Positions 19,152 to 28,256 of a stretch of DNA of 64,000 nt are shown here, piece by piece; within the stretch, counting starts at the first letter, position 1, and the number at the start of each line of letters is the position of its first letter. The stretch lies in NCBI GenBank assembly GCA_041648335.1, contig JBAZPG010000002.1, positions 30,528 to 94,527 on the forward strand, in the 5' to 3' direction. Source of the stretch: Candidatus Micrarchaeia archaeon. GTDB taxonomy: Archaea; Micrarchaeota; Micrarchaeia; Norongarragalinales; Norongarragalinaceae. The notes beneath the pieces were generated by a model, which was not told the DNA's origin, searched no databases, and saw nothing but the letters and a program-made list of their open reading frames with translations. The position numbers and the translations under genes were made by a program.

Positions 19152-20100
19152 TTGCTTTGCCTGAAACCGCTTTTTTCAAGAATTCTTTTGCACCTGGCGG
19201 AAGTGTTATGTTACGTATGCTGCGCGCTATCACCGCCCTGCGAGCTTTCTTCGTGCCCATTCCGGACACGAGGTTGCGTAAGTATTCGACTCCCCCGTTG
19301 GGCATATGTTCCTCCATTTGGTATGCTTCCCGTCCCAAAAACGTGCCCAGCCAGTATGCGTTTGATTTCTCGTTTTTTTCTACGTCTTCTTTTTCTTTTG
19401 GCTCCTCGGCAGCCATAATCTCTTCGTGAGTGTATTCCGGTTGGCTTTTCGCAGTCACAACTATTTTTGTGCCTGCAGGGTAATTGGTAACCATTGCGGT
19501 GTATTTTCCGATTGCATTCACTATTGCGTGTGGCAGTTCCAAGGCGTGCCCGGTTTCATGGGACATTACCTGCGCAACAAAGATTTCCGCGGACTTTGGA
19601 ATCCTTTGTTCTGTATATTTTTTGATTGGACCCACAGTTATTAATCGTAATCCATCTATTCTACCACATCCAGCGGATTCTTCTTCAAAGCGGGTTCCAG
19701 CCAATATAATCCGAGCTTTAAGGTTCGGTCTTTTTGCTTTTGCTACCCTGAGGGTGGTGAATATTCCCCGTATTGCCGCATTTTTTTGCGATGGTGTGAG
19801 CTGGTTCCAACGGCTTTCATTAGGCCAATCGTATTCTTCAGCAAGTTCTCTGGCGCGTTCCAGACTCTTTTCGGCGAGTTTCCTCAAACCTTTTTCAGCT
19901 TCACTCTTCAACAACGCTTCTTTCTCTTCCGGTGTTAGACTAAAACAATATCTTAAATCGTTTAAGATTTCCCGCGCTCTTTCTGGTTGATTGTGAATGG
20001 CGTCGGCTGCTTCGTGCAAGTTGTCTGCATTATCTATTTCCCGAGATAAGTGCAAACCCCGGCAGTTCATTTGCGATTCGGAGAATTTCTCTTCAGGCAT
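19126..20100 (-). CDS. HExxH zincin-like metallopeptidase of unknown family, in a low-GC (about 47%) segment
   Basis: HETGHALELPH motif; Lys/Glu-rich; GC clearly below flanks (eye estimate from AT-rich runs). Confidence 0.5.
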   Translation of the reverse strand: MPEEKFSESQMNCRGLHLSREIDNADNLHEAADAIHNQPERAREILNDLRYCFSLTPEEKEALLKSEAEKGLRKLAEKSLERARELAEEYDWPNESRWNQLTPSQKNAAIRGIFTTLRVAKAKRPNLKARIILAGTRFEEESAGCGRIDGLRLITVGPIKKYTEQRIPKSAEIFVAQVMSHETGHALELPHAIVNAIGKYTAMVTNYPAGTKIVVTAKSQPEYTHEEIMAAEEPKEKEDVEKNEKSNAYWLGTFLGREAYQMEEHMPNGGVEYLRNLVSGMGTKKARRAVIARSIRNITLPPGAKEFLKKAVSGKAIRVASSRP

Positions 20101-20472
20101 TCAAGCGACCTCCTCGAACGAGAGCCCCGAACTTGTTTCGCGCTTGTTGAGCGAGTGCCCCGCGGGCGTCTCGTTAAAGCATGCGAGCGGGAAGAAACGC
20201 CAGCCCTTCCGGCACTGCCTCCACGCCACGAACACGGGCACGCCCGTGGCACGCTCCCAGTCGCACATGATAGCAAACTTCCGTTTCTCGATGTAAAGGC
20301 TGTTCGCCCAGTACTTGCACTCTATCGCGAGACGCTTGGTTGTTTTCAACGCGAGCAAATCAGGGCTCGTGCCGTCCGCGCCGCTCCCGCCCGAGCGCAC
20401 CACGCGGTAACCGCGCGCTTCAAGGAGCTTCTTGAGTTCGCGTTCGGCAGCGGAACCCTTGTTGTAAGCCAT
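20101..20472 (-). CDS. hjc: Holliday junction resolvase Hjc
   Basis: KGSAAERELKKLLEARGYRVVRSGGSG...DLLALK...LAIECK with downstream GVPVFVAWR..GWRF matches the Hjc fold/catalytic motifs (E..D..ExK). Confidence 0.75.
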   Translation of the reverse strand: MAYNKGSAAERELKKLLEARGYRVVRSGGSGADGTSPDLLALKTTKRLAIECKYWANSLYIEKRKFAIMCDWERATGVPVFVAWRQCRKGWRFFPLACFNETPAGHSLNKRETSSGLSFEEVA

Positions 20473-20504
20473 TTAGAATAATTAGATTGTTTTCGGGCGT
20501 TTAA

Positions 20505-21209
20505 TTATGCGAGCTTGACGCGCTTCACTCCACCCCAGTTCTTGAGCGCGCTGATGACTTGACTCGCGTCGCCTTCAACCGCTTCAACTACCGGGTTGCG
20601 CCATCTAGAGAAGGTTATCCGCACCTTGTTTTGCCCGCGTTGGTTGCTTGGCGAAGTGTAGGTAACCGCGTTGCCGTTGATTTCAACCGCGTGGTATTTC
20701 CCGAAGTGCGCTTCCAGTATCTGCTTCGTGCGCTGGGCGCGTTCTTTCGGTCCGAACAAGCGGGACAGCCTGATTTTTGCCCGAGGCAAGTCATACAGCG
20801 AGTAGGTTTGGGGCATTGTCTCGTGAAACACGGGTTTTATGGCGCCGTCCTTGTAACCCGCGGTTTCCTCGAGTTTGCTCGCAAAATCTCTTACCGCCTG
20901 CATTCTCAAATAATTCCCGCTCGCGTGTATTACCGGCGTTTCTTCTCCCCTTTTGACTATCACAATGCCGTTCAGCCGGGTTGTCGGGGTAAGGCGGTAT
21001 ACTTGGGTGTGGACTCCGTCGCTTCCAGCCAGCAGTACGACTTGGTCCGCGGGCGGCAGGCTTACTTTCGACAACAGGGTTTTTCGTTTTTGCAGCTTTT
21101 CCAGCGCTTCACCAATCCGAGGGTGCAGGTACGCCTCGTTTTCGGGCGTTGATTCGAGCATCAACGTGCGTTTCATCCTCGCTTCGGGTGTTCGAACCAT
21201 TTCAATCAA
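20505..21209 (-). CDS. Hypothetical protein (234 aa)
   Basis: Long ORF with normal composition; no motif recognised by eye. Confidence 0.4.
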   Translation of the reverse strand: MIEMVRTPEARMKRTLMLESTPENEAYLHPRIGEALEKLQKRKTLLSKVSLPPADQVVLLAGSDGVHTQVYRLTPTTRLNGIVIVKRGEETPVIHASGNYLRMQAVRDFASKLEETAGYKDGAIKPVFHETMPQTYSLYDLPRAKIRLSRLFGPKERAQRTKQILEAHFGKYHAVEINGNAVTYTSPSNQRGQNKVRITFSRWRNPVVEAVEGDASQVISALKNWGGVKRVKLA

Positions 21210-21318
21210 GTTAACTCAGCAGGGGGATGCTTTTATTCGTTTTTACGCCCCCCAAGAATGTTCGCCGATTGCCGTATTCAAGTAGGTATTTAAAGTCGGA
21301 TTCAGAGTTTATTAGTGA

Positions 21319-21741
21319 ATGGAGACAGGAGTCAAGGTCGGAGATTGCATGACTACGACCCTCGTCACCGTCAGGGAAAGCGCATCCGTCGTTGAGGCGG
21401 CGCGCTTGATGAAGAAGTCACGAATTGGCAGTTTGCTGGTAACAGATGACGATGGAAAAATTTACGGGATTTTGACCGCTGATGACATCGTTGGAAAAGC
21501 AGTAGCATTCGAGAAGACGAACGAGCCCGTCAAGGCTTTCGCGAGCAAGCCGTTGTTGTGCGTCCCGATGGACGCGGACTTGAGCGAAGCCGCAGAGTTG
21601 ATGGGCAAGAAGAACGTGAAGCGCCTTATTGTGACGGGTCCTGGCGGACGGATTTCCGGGTTGATCTCGGATAGGGACATAGTCAAGATTTCTCCTTCTT
21701 TGTACGACCTGATAGCCGAAAGGGAACGGCTGAAGGCGTGA
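21319..21741 (+). CDS. CBS-domain pair protein
   Basis: Two CBS repeats (..CMTTTLVTVRESASVVEAARLM..IGSLLVTDDDGKIYGILT.. and ..LSEAAELMGKKNVKRLIVTG..GLISDRDIV). Confidence 0.8.
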   Translation: METGVKVGDCMTTTLVTVRESASVVEAARLMKKSRIGSLLVTDDDGKIYGILTADDIVGKAVAFEKTNEPVKAFASKPLLCVPMDADLSEAAELMGKKNVKRLIVTGPGGRISGLISDRDIVKISPSLYDLIAERERLKA

Positions 21742-21860
21742 AGTTTCCCGCGCGGACGCACTGCGCGTAGGATGGCTCCCGCACTCCCCCCGCCAAAAGC
21801 GGAAGGGGGCATGACCGGGCAGTTCAACATGCGCGCGCAAACGCGCCGGGAAACCCAAGG

Positions 21861-22280
21861 GTGAATGCGTTGGACGAACGGCTTGAAAGGCGTTTGGCTG
21901 CGCTAGACCGCGTTTTCAGTATTCTCGAAAAACGGGTGGTCCTCGTGGAAGGCAAGCGGGATGAAGCGGCGTTGCGCGCCATAGGCGCGTCGCCCGCACG
22001 CGTGCTCGAAGCGAATGGAAAACCCGAGGGAGTGGTCGCGCGCGCCTTGCAGGCGTGCGGTGCGAACCAACGCATTGCGTTGCTGTTCGACTGGGACACG
22101 GAAGGCGTTCGGAAAACGAGGTTTTTCGAGGAACGCTTCCGTGCGGAAGGCGCCTACGGGCTCCTGGACCGCGCCACCCCCAAGCGCTTGAAGGCGCTGC
22201 TCGGCTATTGCTTCGTCGAGGAAGCCTTGACAAAGCACTCCGAATTGTTAGATGGATTAAAGGTGAAGGAAAATGGGTAA
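21861..22280 (+). CDS. Small Toprim-domain protein
   Basis: VVLVEGKRDEAALRAIG (Toprim E motif) and LLFDWDTEG (DxD); overlaps the dnaG start by 8 nt. Confidence 0.55.
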   Translation: MNALDERLERRLAALDRVFSILEKRVVLVEGKRDEAALRAIGASPARVLEANGKPEGVVARALQACGANQRIALLFDWDTEGVRKTRFFEERFRAEGAYGLLDRATPKRLKALLGYCFVEEALTKHSELLDGLKVKENG

Positions 22281-23655
22281 AACGTATATTGACACGGTCA
22301 AGTACATGGTTCGCGCTAGCTTCGAAGTCGACGGTTTGGTTGAAAAGCCGGACATCGTGGGCGCGCTCTTCGGGCAGACCGAGGGGCTCCTAGGCGACGA
22401 ACTCGACTTGCGCGAGTTACAGAAGAACGGGCGCGTGGGACGCATCGAGGTTACCTCGAGCGCCCGCGGAGGCAAGAGTTACGGCACGATATTGCTGCCC
22501 TCGAGCCTGGACATGGTGGAGACGAGCATACTCGCGGCAGCCATCGAGATAGTGGACCGCGTGGGCCCGTGCGAGGCGCGCATCAACGTCGAGAAAATCG
22601 AGGACACGCGGAGCCTCAAGCGCAAGCAGGTGTTGAGCCGCGCCAAGCAACTCTTGAAGGCACTGTTAACCGAGGAGATTCCCGAAAGCAAGGAACTCAG
22701 CGAAATGGTGCGCGAGGACGCCAAGATAAGCGACGTCGAGTCCTACGGACCCGACCAACTGCCCGCGGGACCCGAGATGGCTTCGAGCGACTCCATAATC
22801 ATGGTGGAGGGACGCGCGGACGTCATCAACCTCTTGCGTAACGGCATCAAGAACGCCGTTGCAATCGGAGGGGCGAACGTGGGCGAGACAATCGCTAAGC
22901 TCGGCCGCGAGAAGGAAGTCACCGCGTTCCTGGACGGGGACCGCGGCGGGGACATCATCCTCAAGGAACTCATGGACGCCACCGACGTGGATTACGTCGC
23001 GCGCGCGCCCACGGGCAAGGAAGTCGAGGAGTTGACTCGCAAGGAGCTCATCCAAGCGCTCCGCCGCCGCGTCCCACTGGACCAAGGTGCGGGCGACCGC
23101 GGGCGCGGACGCCGCGACTTCCAGTCGCGCCGCGAACCCGAACCCCGCCGCGAGCCAACCGAACGCCGCGAACCCGAGCCCCGCCGCGAGGAAGGCGGCG
23201 AGGCGCAGCGGAGGGACGAGTTCAAGCGCGAGGAGTTCGTGCGCCGCGAGCCAACCGAACGCCGTGAAGAGGTAGTTGGCGAGGCGCCGCGCAGGGACGC
23301 GTTCAGGCGCGAGGAGTTCGTGCGCCGCGAACCCGAAGCGCCGGTTGCCGACATCATGACTCCCGAAGAGCTCGTGAAGGTCACCGAAGCCAAGCGCGTG
23401 CTAAAGGAACTCGAGGGCTCGCTCAAGGCGCGCCTCCTGTCCCAGGACAGCACCACGCTCTCCGAGGTGCCCATCCGCGAGATAATGAAGGTGCTCTCGG
23501 AAACCAAGGGCGTGGAAGCCGCGGTGCTCGACGGCATCGTGACCCAGCGCCTGGTTGACTTAGCCGAACAGAAGGGCGTGAAGTTCCTCGTGGGCATACG
23601 CTCGGGTAACCTCACCCGCAAGCCGCCCGGGCTCAAGATAATCCTGGGCAAGTAA
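22273..23655 (+). CDS. dnaG: Archaeal DnaG-type primase (exosome-associated), with an internal Arg/Glu/Pro-rich tandem-repeat insertion
   Basis: Conserved archaeal DnaG N-terminus (MGKTYIDTVKYMVRASFEVDG..), Toprim IMVEGRADVINL / FLDGDRGGD; RREPEPRREPTERREPEPRRE low-complexity segment. Confidence 0.85.
   Translation: MGKTYIDTVKYMVRASFEVDGLVEKPDIVGALFGQTEGLLGDELDLRELQKNGRVGRIEVTSSARGGKSYGTILLPSSLDMVETSILAAAIEIVDRVGPCEARINVEKIEDTRSLKRKQVLSRAKQLLKALLTEEIPESKELSEMVREDAKISDVESYGPDQLPAGPEMASSDSIIMVEGRADVINLLRNGIKNAVAIGGANVGETIAKLGREKEVTAFLDGDRGGDIILKELMDATDVDYVARAPTGKEVEELTRKELIQALRRRVPLDQGAGDRGRGRRDFQSRREPEPRREPTERREPEPRREEGGEAQRRDEFKREEFVRREPTERREEVVGEAPRRDAFRREEFVRREPEAPVADIMTPEELVKVTEAKRVLKELEGSLKARLLSQDSTTLSEVPIREIMKVLSETKGVEAAVLDGIVTQRLVDLAEQKGVKFLVGIRSGNLTRKPPGLKIILGK
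23190..23345 (+). repeat. In-frame tandem duplication (two approx. 75-90-bp units) inside dnaG
   Basis: Units encode GEAQRRDEFKREEFVRREPTERRE and GEAPRRDAFRREEFVRREPEAP. Confidence 0.55.
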
Positions 23656-23666
23656 GCGCTCGAACG

Positions 23667-23705
23667 GGGGTTAAACCCCCTAAACCTTTTTTTAATTTTT
23701 TTTCC
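23667..23705 (+). terminator. Hairpin gggggttaaaccccc followed by T7/T8 runs downstream of dnaG
   Basis: Perfect 5-bp GC stem plus oligo-T tracts, the usual archaeal termination signal. Confidence 0.5.
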
Positions 23706-23774
23706 CGTGCCACGACCGGAGGGCAATGCGTTTTTATTCACGGCAGCGTCCTTTTCTCGGAGGGGTTTTTCCAA

Positions 23775-24062
23775 ATGCACTCGATTGTCAAGCGCCTGAA
23801 GTCCAAAGTCCTCCAGGCGAAAGTCACGCCCGAAGGCGTTGGGATAATACAATTGCACCGCAAGGTGACCGAAGCCGAATTCGCGAAGGCGGCGAAAGCC
23901 GCGGGGCTCTCGACGGGTTTCCAGAAGTCCAAGAAGTACCTGGAGGCGCGCAGCGGGGAAAAACTCGTCGTGGTGCTCGTGGACCACAACCACCTCGTGA
24001 TTCCCAAGGACGCGCCCAAGCAAACCGCGCTCGAGTTCGCGGAAACCTTGTTGGGGCGTTGA
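23775..24062 (+). CDS. Hypothetical small protein (95 aa)
   Basis: ORF with plausible start directly upstream of the Lon-like ATPase gene; no recognisable motif. Confidence 0.35.
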   Translation: MHSIVKRLKSKVLQAKVTPEGVGIIQLHRKVTEAEFAKAAKAAGLSTGFQKSKKYLEARSGEKLVVVLVDHNHLVIPKDAPKQTALEFAETLLGR

Positions 24063-24063
24063 A

Positions 24064-25476
24064 TTGTTGAAGTCCACCGCGGAAGTGCGCGTGCCCAAGG
24101 ACCCGCTCGAGCAGGTCATCGGACAGGAGCACGCCGTGGAAATCGCGAAGGTCGCCGCCCGCCAGCGCCGCCACCTCCTCTTGGTTGCCGCGCCCGGCAC
24201 CGGGAAGTCCATGCTCGCCCAAGCCATTGCCTTCCACTTGCCCGAGCCCACCGAAGAGATATCCGTGCTCCACAATCCCGCGAACCCCGAACGCCCCACG
24301 GTCGAGGTACGCTCGCGCCAGCAAGCGTCGCGTGAAGAGAAGGCGCGCGAGAGCGTGAAGGGGCGCCTCGTGGATCCCGCGGACGTGCCCTCGTTCGTTG
24401 CCGAACGCCTGGGCTTCAGGTGCCCGCGCTGCGGACAGCTCGGACGCGCCTCCGAGGAGGCGTGCGCGAACTGCGGTGCTGACAAGTCGTTCTCGGTGAA
24501 CCCGTTTTCGAGCATCTACTTGGACAAGCGCGAGCGCCCGAACCAGGTATCAACAACGCGCCTCAAGGAGGACAACTCCGAGGAGGTAATCGTTTACGAG
24601 CGCCAAGGCGAACGCGTGCGCGTGCTCGACCAGAGCGCCCTGGAAAAGCTGGAGGAGCTCAGCAAGCGCCAGCCCCGCAAGATTATCGTGCCCTTCAACC
24701 GGAACGCGTTCGTTGTTGCAACGGGCGCCTCGGAAACCGAGCTCCTCGGGGACGTGAAGCACGACCCGTACGGCGGGCACCAGCAGATTGGGACGCTCGC
24801 TTATTTGCGCGTTGTCCCTGGAGCGGTGCACGAAGCCCACCAAGGCGTATTGTTCATTGACGAGTTGAGCGCGCTCGCGAGCGTCCAGCGCTTCCTGTTC
24901 ACCGCAATGCAAGAGAAGAAATACCCAATCGTGGGGCGCAACCCCCAGAGCGCGGGGGCGAGCGTGAAAGTCGAGGGCGTGCCCTGCGATTTCGTGCTCG
25001 TCGCGGCATCCAACATAAAGGACTTGCCGTCAATCCTGCCCCCGTTGCGGAGCCGCATAATCGGGAACGGTTACGAAGTGCTCCTAGATACCGTGATGCC
25101 GGACACCGCTGGAAACCGCGCCAAAATGTGGCAGTTCACCGCACAGGAGATACGCAAAGACGGGAAAATCCCACACGCCTCCCCCGAGGCTGTGGAGGAA
25201 ATAATCAATGTGTCGTGCGGGAAGGCGCGCGAGTACGACGACGCCGACGACTCCCTCACTTTGCGTTTCCGCGAGTTGAGCGGCATCGTGCGCATCGCCG
25301 GGGACTTGGCGGTTTCGCGCGGAGTTGACTTGATTGACGCGGAATGCGTGCGCGGCGCACTCAAGCTGGGAGCGCGCATCGAGCGCCAGATAGAGGACAA
25401 GTACGATTCGGTGTGGAAGGCGGAAGCCGCGGACTCCCTGCGTCCGGCGGCAAAACCGGACAAGTCGAACGCCTAA
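24064..25476 (+). CDS. LonB-like AAA+ ATPase lacking TM insert and protease domain, with a Zn-ribbon insert
   Basis: LonB-type N-terminus (DPLEQVIGQEHAVEIAKVAARQRRHLLLVAAPGTGKSML), CPRCG..CANCG insert, Walker B GVLFIDEL, sensor/arginine-finger region; ends about 120 aa after the AAA module without a Ser-Lys protease domain. Confidence 0.6.
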   Translation: MLKSTAEVRVPKDPLEQVIGQEHAVEIAKVAARQRRHLLLVAAPGTGKSMLAQAIAFHLPEPTEEISVLHNPANPERPTVEVRSRQQASREEKARESVKGRLVDPADVPSFVAERLGFRCPRCGQLGRASEEACANCGADKSFSVNPFSSIYLDKRERPNQVSTTRLKEDNSEEVIVYERQGERVRVLDQSALEKLEELSKRQPRKIIVPFNRNAFVVATGASETELLGDVKHDPYGGHQQIGTLAYLRVVPGAVHEAHQGVLFIDELSALASVQRFLFTAMQEKKYPIVGRNPQSAGASVKVEGVPCDFVLVAASNIKDLPSILPPLRSRIIGNGYEVLLDTVMPDTAGNRAKMWQFTAQEIRKDGKIPHASPEAVEEIINVSCGKAREYDDADDSLTLRFRELSGIVRIAGDLAVSRGVDLIDAECVRGALKLGARIERQIEDKYDSVWKAEAADSLRPAAKPDKSNA

Positions 25477-25958
25477 CCCGCGAGCGCCATGTTCACGAGC
25501 CCGCGCACCACCATGGACGCGTTGTACATGAACTCGGGCGAGCCCTCGATTACCATTGTCCCGCCGGTGAGCTGGAGGCAGTCGCATTCGCCCGGGCGGA
25601 TTATCACGCGGGGGTTCGCGCACAGCGTGGCGTTTTCACAGCCGATGAGCGTGCCGTCGTCCACCACCGCGTACACGAACGTTTCCCTCCCCGAGGTGGC
25701 GAGTGCGTAAACGATTTCCGTGCCCATCATCGCGATTCCGCTGTTCTGGGTGCTGTTCTCGGCGGTAACGCGTTCCTCCAGGACTACCGGGTTGCCGGAG
25801 AGCGCGTCGCGGATTCCCTGTTGGACGTCGCCGTCCGAGAGGATGCGCACCCCGTCCAGGTAAACCTCGCGTTGGGCGAGCGCCTGTGTTGCGAAATAAA
25901 ACGCGCCCGCCAGGAACGCGAGCGCCACGATTGCAAGAGCCAAAGAGTCCTTTTTCAA
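25473..25958 (-). CDS. Hypothetical membrane-anchored protein (N-terminal TM, Cys-containing extracytoplasmic domain)
   Basis: 161-aa ORF; N-terminal LALAIVALAFLAGAFYF helix. Confidence 0.4.
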   Translation of the reverse strand: MKKDSLALAIVALAFLAGAFYFATQALAQREVYLDGVRILSDGDVQQGIRDALSGNPVVLEERVTAENSTQNSGIAMMGTEIVYALATSGRETFVYAVVDDGTLIGCENATLCANPRVIIRPGECDCLQLTGGTMVIEGSPEFMYNASMVVRGLVNMALAG

Positions 25959-25976
25959 TTTAATTTCACCTTTTTT

Positions 25977-26864
25977 TCAAACTGCGAGCGTCACGCCCTC
26001 TTCCACCGCGAGCGAGTCCTTGAAGATGCGGCGCGCCTCCTCGAGGAGGGGCGCGCGGTTCTCGTAACGGTTGCTGAAGTGGGTTAACGCGAGCTTCTTC
26101 ACCTTCGCCTTGCACGCGAGTTCAGCGGCATCCGACGCCGTCGCATGCTTCTTCTCTTTTGCAAGCGCGGCATCCGCGCGCGAGAAGCACGAGTCGTGCA
26201 CGAGGAGGTCCGCGCCTTCCGCTGCTTTCGAGAGCGCGGGGCACGGTGCGGTATCCCCGCTGTAAACGATTTTCTTGCCCGCCTGCCGGTAGGTCACGTC
26301 CGCGAGCTTTATCGTCTTGTTCTTGACTTTCAACTTGCCTTTCTCGGTTATCTCGGCGAACATCCTGCCCTGGAGCCCGAGCTTCTTGGCTTTCTCCTCG
26401 TGGAACCGCGTCTTCTCCGGCTCCTCGATTGCATAGCCGAGTGCAGGGCAGCCGTGCTCGACCGGGAAACAGCGTACTGCGAACAATTCGGTGCGCAGGC
26501 ATTCGCCTTCCTCGCAGTCCCGCACCTCCACTGGAAAAGAAGCGCGCAAGTGCGGTAACGTGAGTAAGTCGTTCACGAACTTGCGGGTGCCTTTCGGGCC
26601 GAATACGAGGAGCGGCTCGGTGCGTGCGGCCATGTTAAGCGTTTGCACGAGTCCGGGCAAGCCGAGGAAGTGGTCGGCGTGCAAATGCGAGAGGAAAACG
26701 GCTTTGAGGCTCCCGTAGCCCGCGCCGTATTTCATCATCTGGCGTTGGATGCCCTCGCACGCGTCGAACAGGTAGACGCCCCCGCAGGTTACTGCGAAAC
26801 AGCTGGGGTGGTGCCTAGGCGAGGGTAGAGACGCGCTGGAACCCAGGAAAGTTACTTTGAACAT
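25977..26864 (-). CDS. rnz: Ribonuclease Z (tRNA 3' endonuclease, metallo-beta-lactamase fold)
   Basis: HLHADH zinc motif, N-terminal FLGSSAS..P and C-terminal H residues characteristic of the short-form RNase Z. Confidence 0.85.
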   Translation of the reverse strand: MFKVTFLGSSASLPSPRHHPSCFAVTCGGVYLFDACEGIQRQMMKYGAGYGSLKAVFLSHLHADHFLGLPGLVQTLNMAARTEPLLVFGPKGTRKFVNDLLTLPHLRASFPVEVRDCEEGECLRTELFAVRCFPVEHGCPALGYAIEEPEKTRFHEEKAKKLGLQGRMFAEITEKGKLKVKNKTIKLADVTYRQAGKKIVYSGDTAPCPALSKAAEGADLLVHDSCFSRADAALAKEKKHATASDAAELACKAKVKKLALTHFSNRYENRAPLLEEARRIFKDSLAVEEGVTLAV

Positions 26865-26921
26865 ACCAAGACATAGTTGGCTTCCAAAGCCCTTTTATTA
26901 CTTGCCTGAAAAACTCTTTTC

Positions 26922-27182
26922 ATGCCTCCCCTGTCGATTCGCCCGGGAATGCGCCCGAAGGAGCTGAAGGAGGAATTGAGCCGCCAAGGTTTCGGTTTCT
27001 CGAACGAAGCCAAGGGCGGACACGTTGCGTTGACTTGGGAGGGCGAACTGTTGCGCTCCGAAAGCGGGCGTCCGGTGGTAATACCCGTTCATGGCAGCAA
27101 AAACGCGTTGAGTTCGGGTGTTGCCTCGCAGTTGAGGCGTCAAGTAGCGCCTTATTTGGAGCAAATAAGAAAGAGAGCGTGA
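26922..27182 (+). CDS. HicA/YcfA-like small protein (candidate toxin); its stop overlaps a GTG start of the LonB fragment
   Basis: KGGHVAL...RPVVIPVHGSK.ALSSGVASQLRRQ resembles HicA (G-S/G-H ... vPvH ... ilrQag). Confidence 0.4.
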   Translation: MPPLSIRPGMRPKELKEELSRQGFGFSNEAKGGHVALTWEGELLRSESGRPVVIPVHGSKNALSSGVASQLRRQVAPYLEQIRKRA

Positions 27183-28198
27183 AGCAATTTTTGAAAAAGA
27201 AAAAGGAAAAGAAGAAGGAACTGTTGTTGCCCGAGTCCATCACTTCTACCAAGGAGCTGGCAGTGCCCAAGCGCCTCGTGGACCAGGTCATCGGGCAGGA
27301 GTCCAGCGTCGAGGTAATCAAGAAGGCGGCTTCCCAGAAGCGGAATGTCCTGCTCGTGGGCACGCCGGGCACCGGGAAGTCCATGCTCGCCCAAGCCATG
27401 GCTGAGCTGATGCCCATTGGAAAGCTAGAGGACGTGCTCGCTTACCCGAACCCCGAGAACGAGAACGCGCCAATAATCAAAGTCGTTCCCGCGGGTGAAG
27501 CCAAGAAAATCGTTGAAAAGGAGCGCGCGAAAGCAACGGTTCCCGGCGGAAGCCCGAACCTCGTGGTAATGCTCGTCATGCTCCTCTTCTCGTTCCTCCT
27601 ACTCACGTTCTGGCGCGAGAGCCTGGGCGACGTGATAACCGCCGCGCTCCTCCTCTGCCTGTTCTTCACCGCGGGCTTGTTCGCTCTCGGTTCCCAACTC
27701 GGACGCGGCGCCCGTTTGTTCGAGCCCGGCGAAACCGCCAAGATACTCGTGGACAACTCAACGCACACCCGCGCCCCGTTCATCGACGCCACGGGCGCGC
27801 GCGCCGGCGCCCTCCTCGGGGATTGCCGCCACGACCCGTTCCAGTCGTTCGAAGCCGGGCAGCGCCTTGAAGTCGATTACAACGGAAAGAAGACCGTGGT
27901 GTCGTTCGAAGATTTGTGGACGCGCGCCGCAACGGATTACCCCGAATCAATCGAACGCAACGAGGACGGGTACGAGGCGCTCGCCTTGCCCGCGGAATTG
28001 AAAGCGTACACCGTGGGTTTCAAGGACAACAAAAAAACACGGACGCGCATCCTCTCGTTGAACCGCCGCCCGTACGACGGCGAACTCGTGAGCGTGGAAG
28101 GCGTGACGGTGACGCCCGAGCACGAGTTGTTCCTAACGGACGGCTCCCGCAAGCCCGCCTCGAAAATCACGAAAAGCGACCGCCTAGTCGTTGAGTGA
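27179..28198 (+). pseudogene. lonB: Membrane LonB protease gene truncated after the AAA+ N-terminal half, ending in an intein N-terminal splicing region (blocks A and B) without intein C-terminus or downstream extein
   Basis: LonB signature VIGQESSVEVIKKAASQKRNVLLVGTPGTGKSML, two-helix TM insert, GDCRHDPFQS, then SFEAGQRLEVDYNGKKTVVSFEDLW (intein block A, Ser1) and GVTVTPEHELFL (block B TxxH); stop at 28198, no Walker B or protease domain follows. Confidence 0.5.
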
Positions 28199-28256
28199 AG
28201 TGCGTGGCATCCGCCGCCTGAAAACCTATTAAAACCCGCGCCCGTTAACTGCGTTC

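Noticed and set aside
22992-24515. 507-aa minus-strand ORF spanning dnaG 3' half to the lon-like gene
   Set aside because: Low-complexity Ser/Arg antisense ORF; both sense genes are strongly supported.
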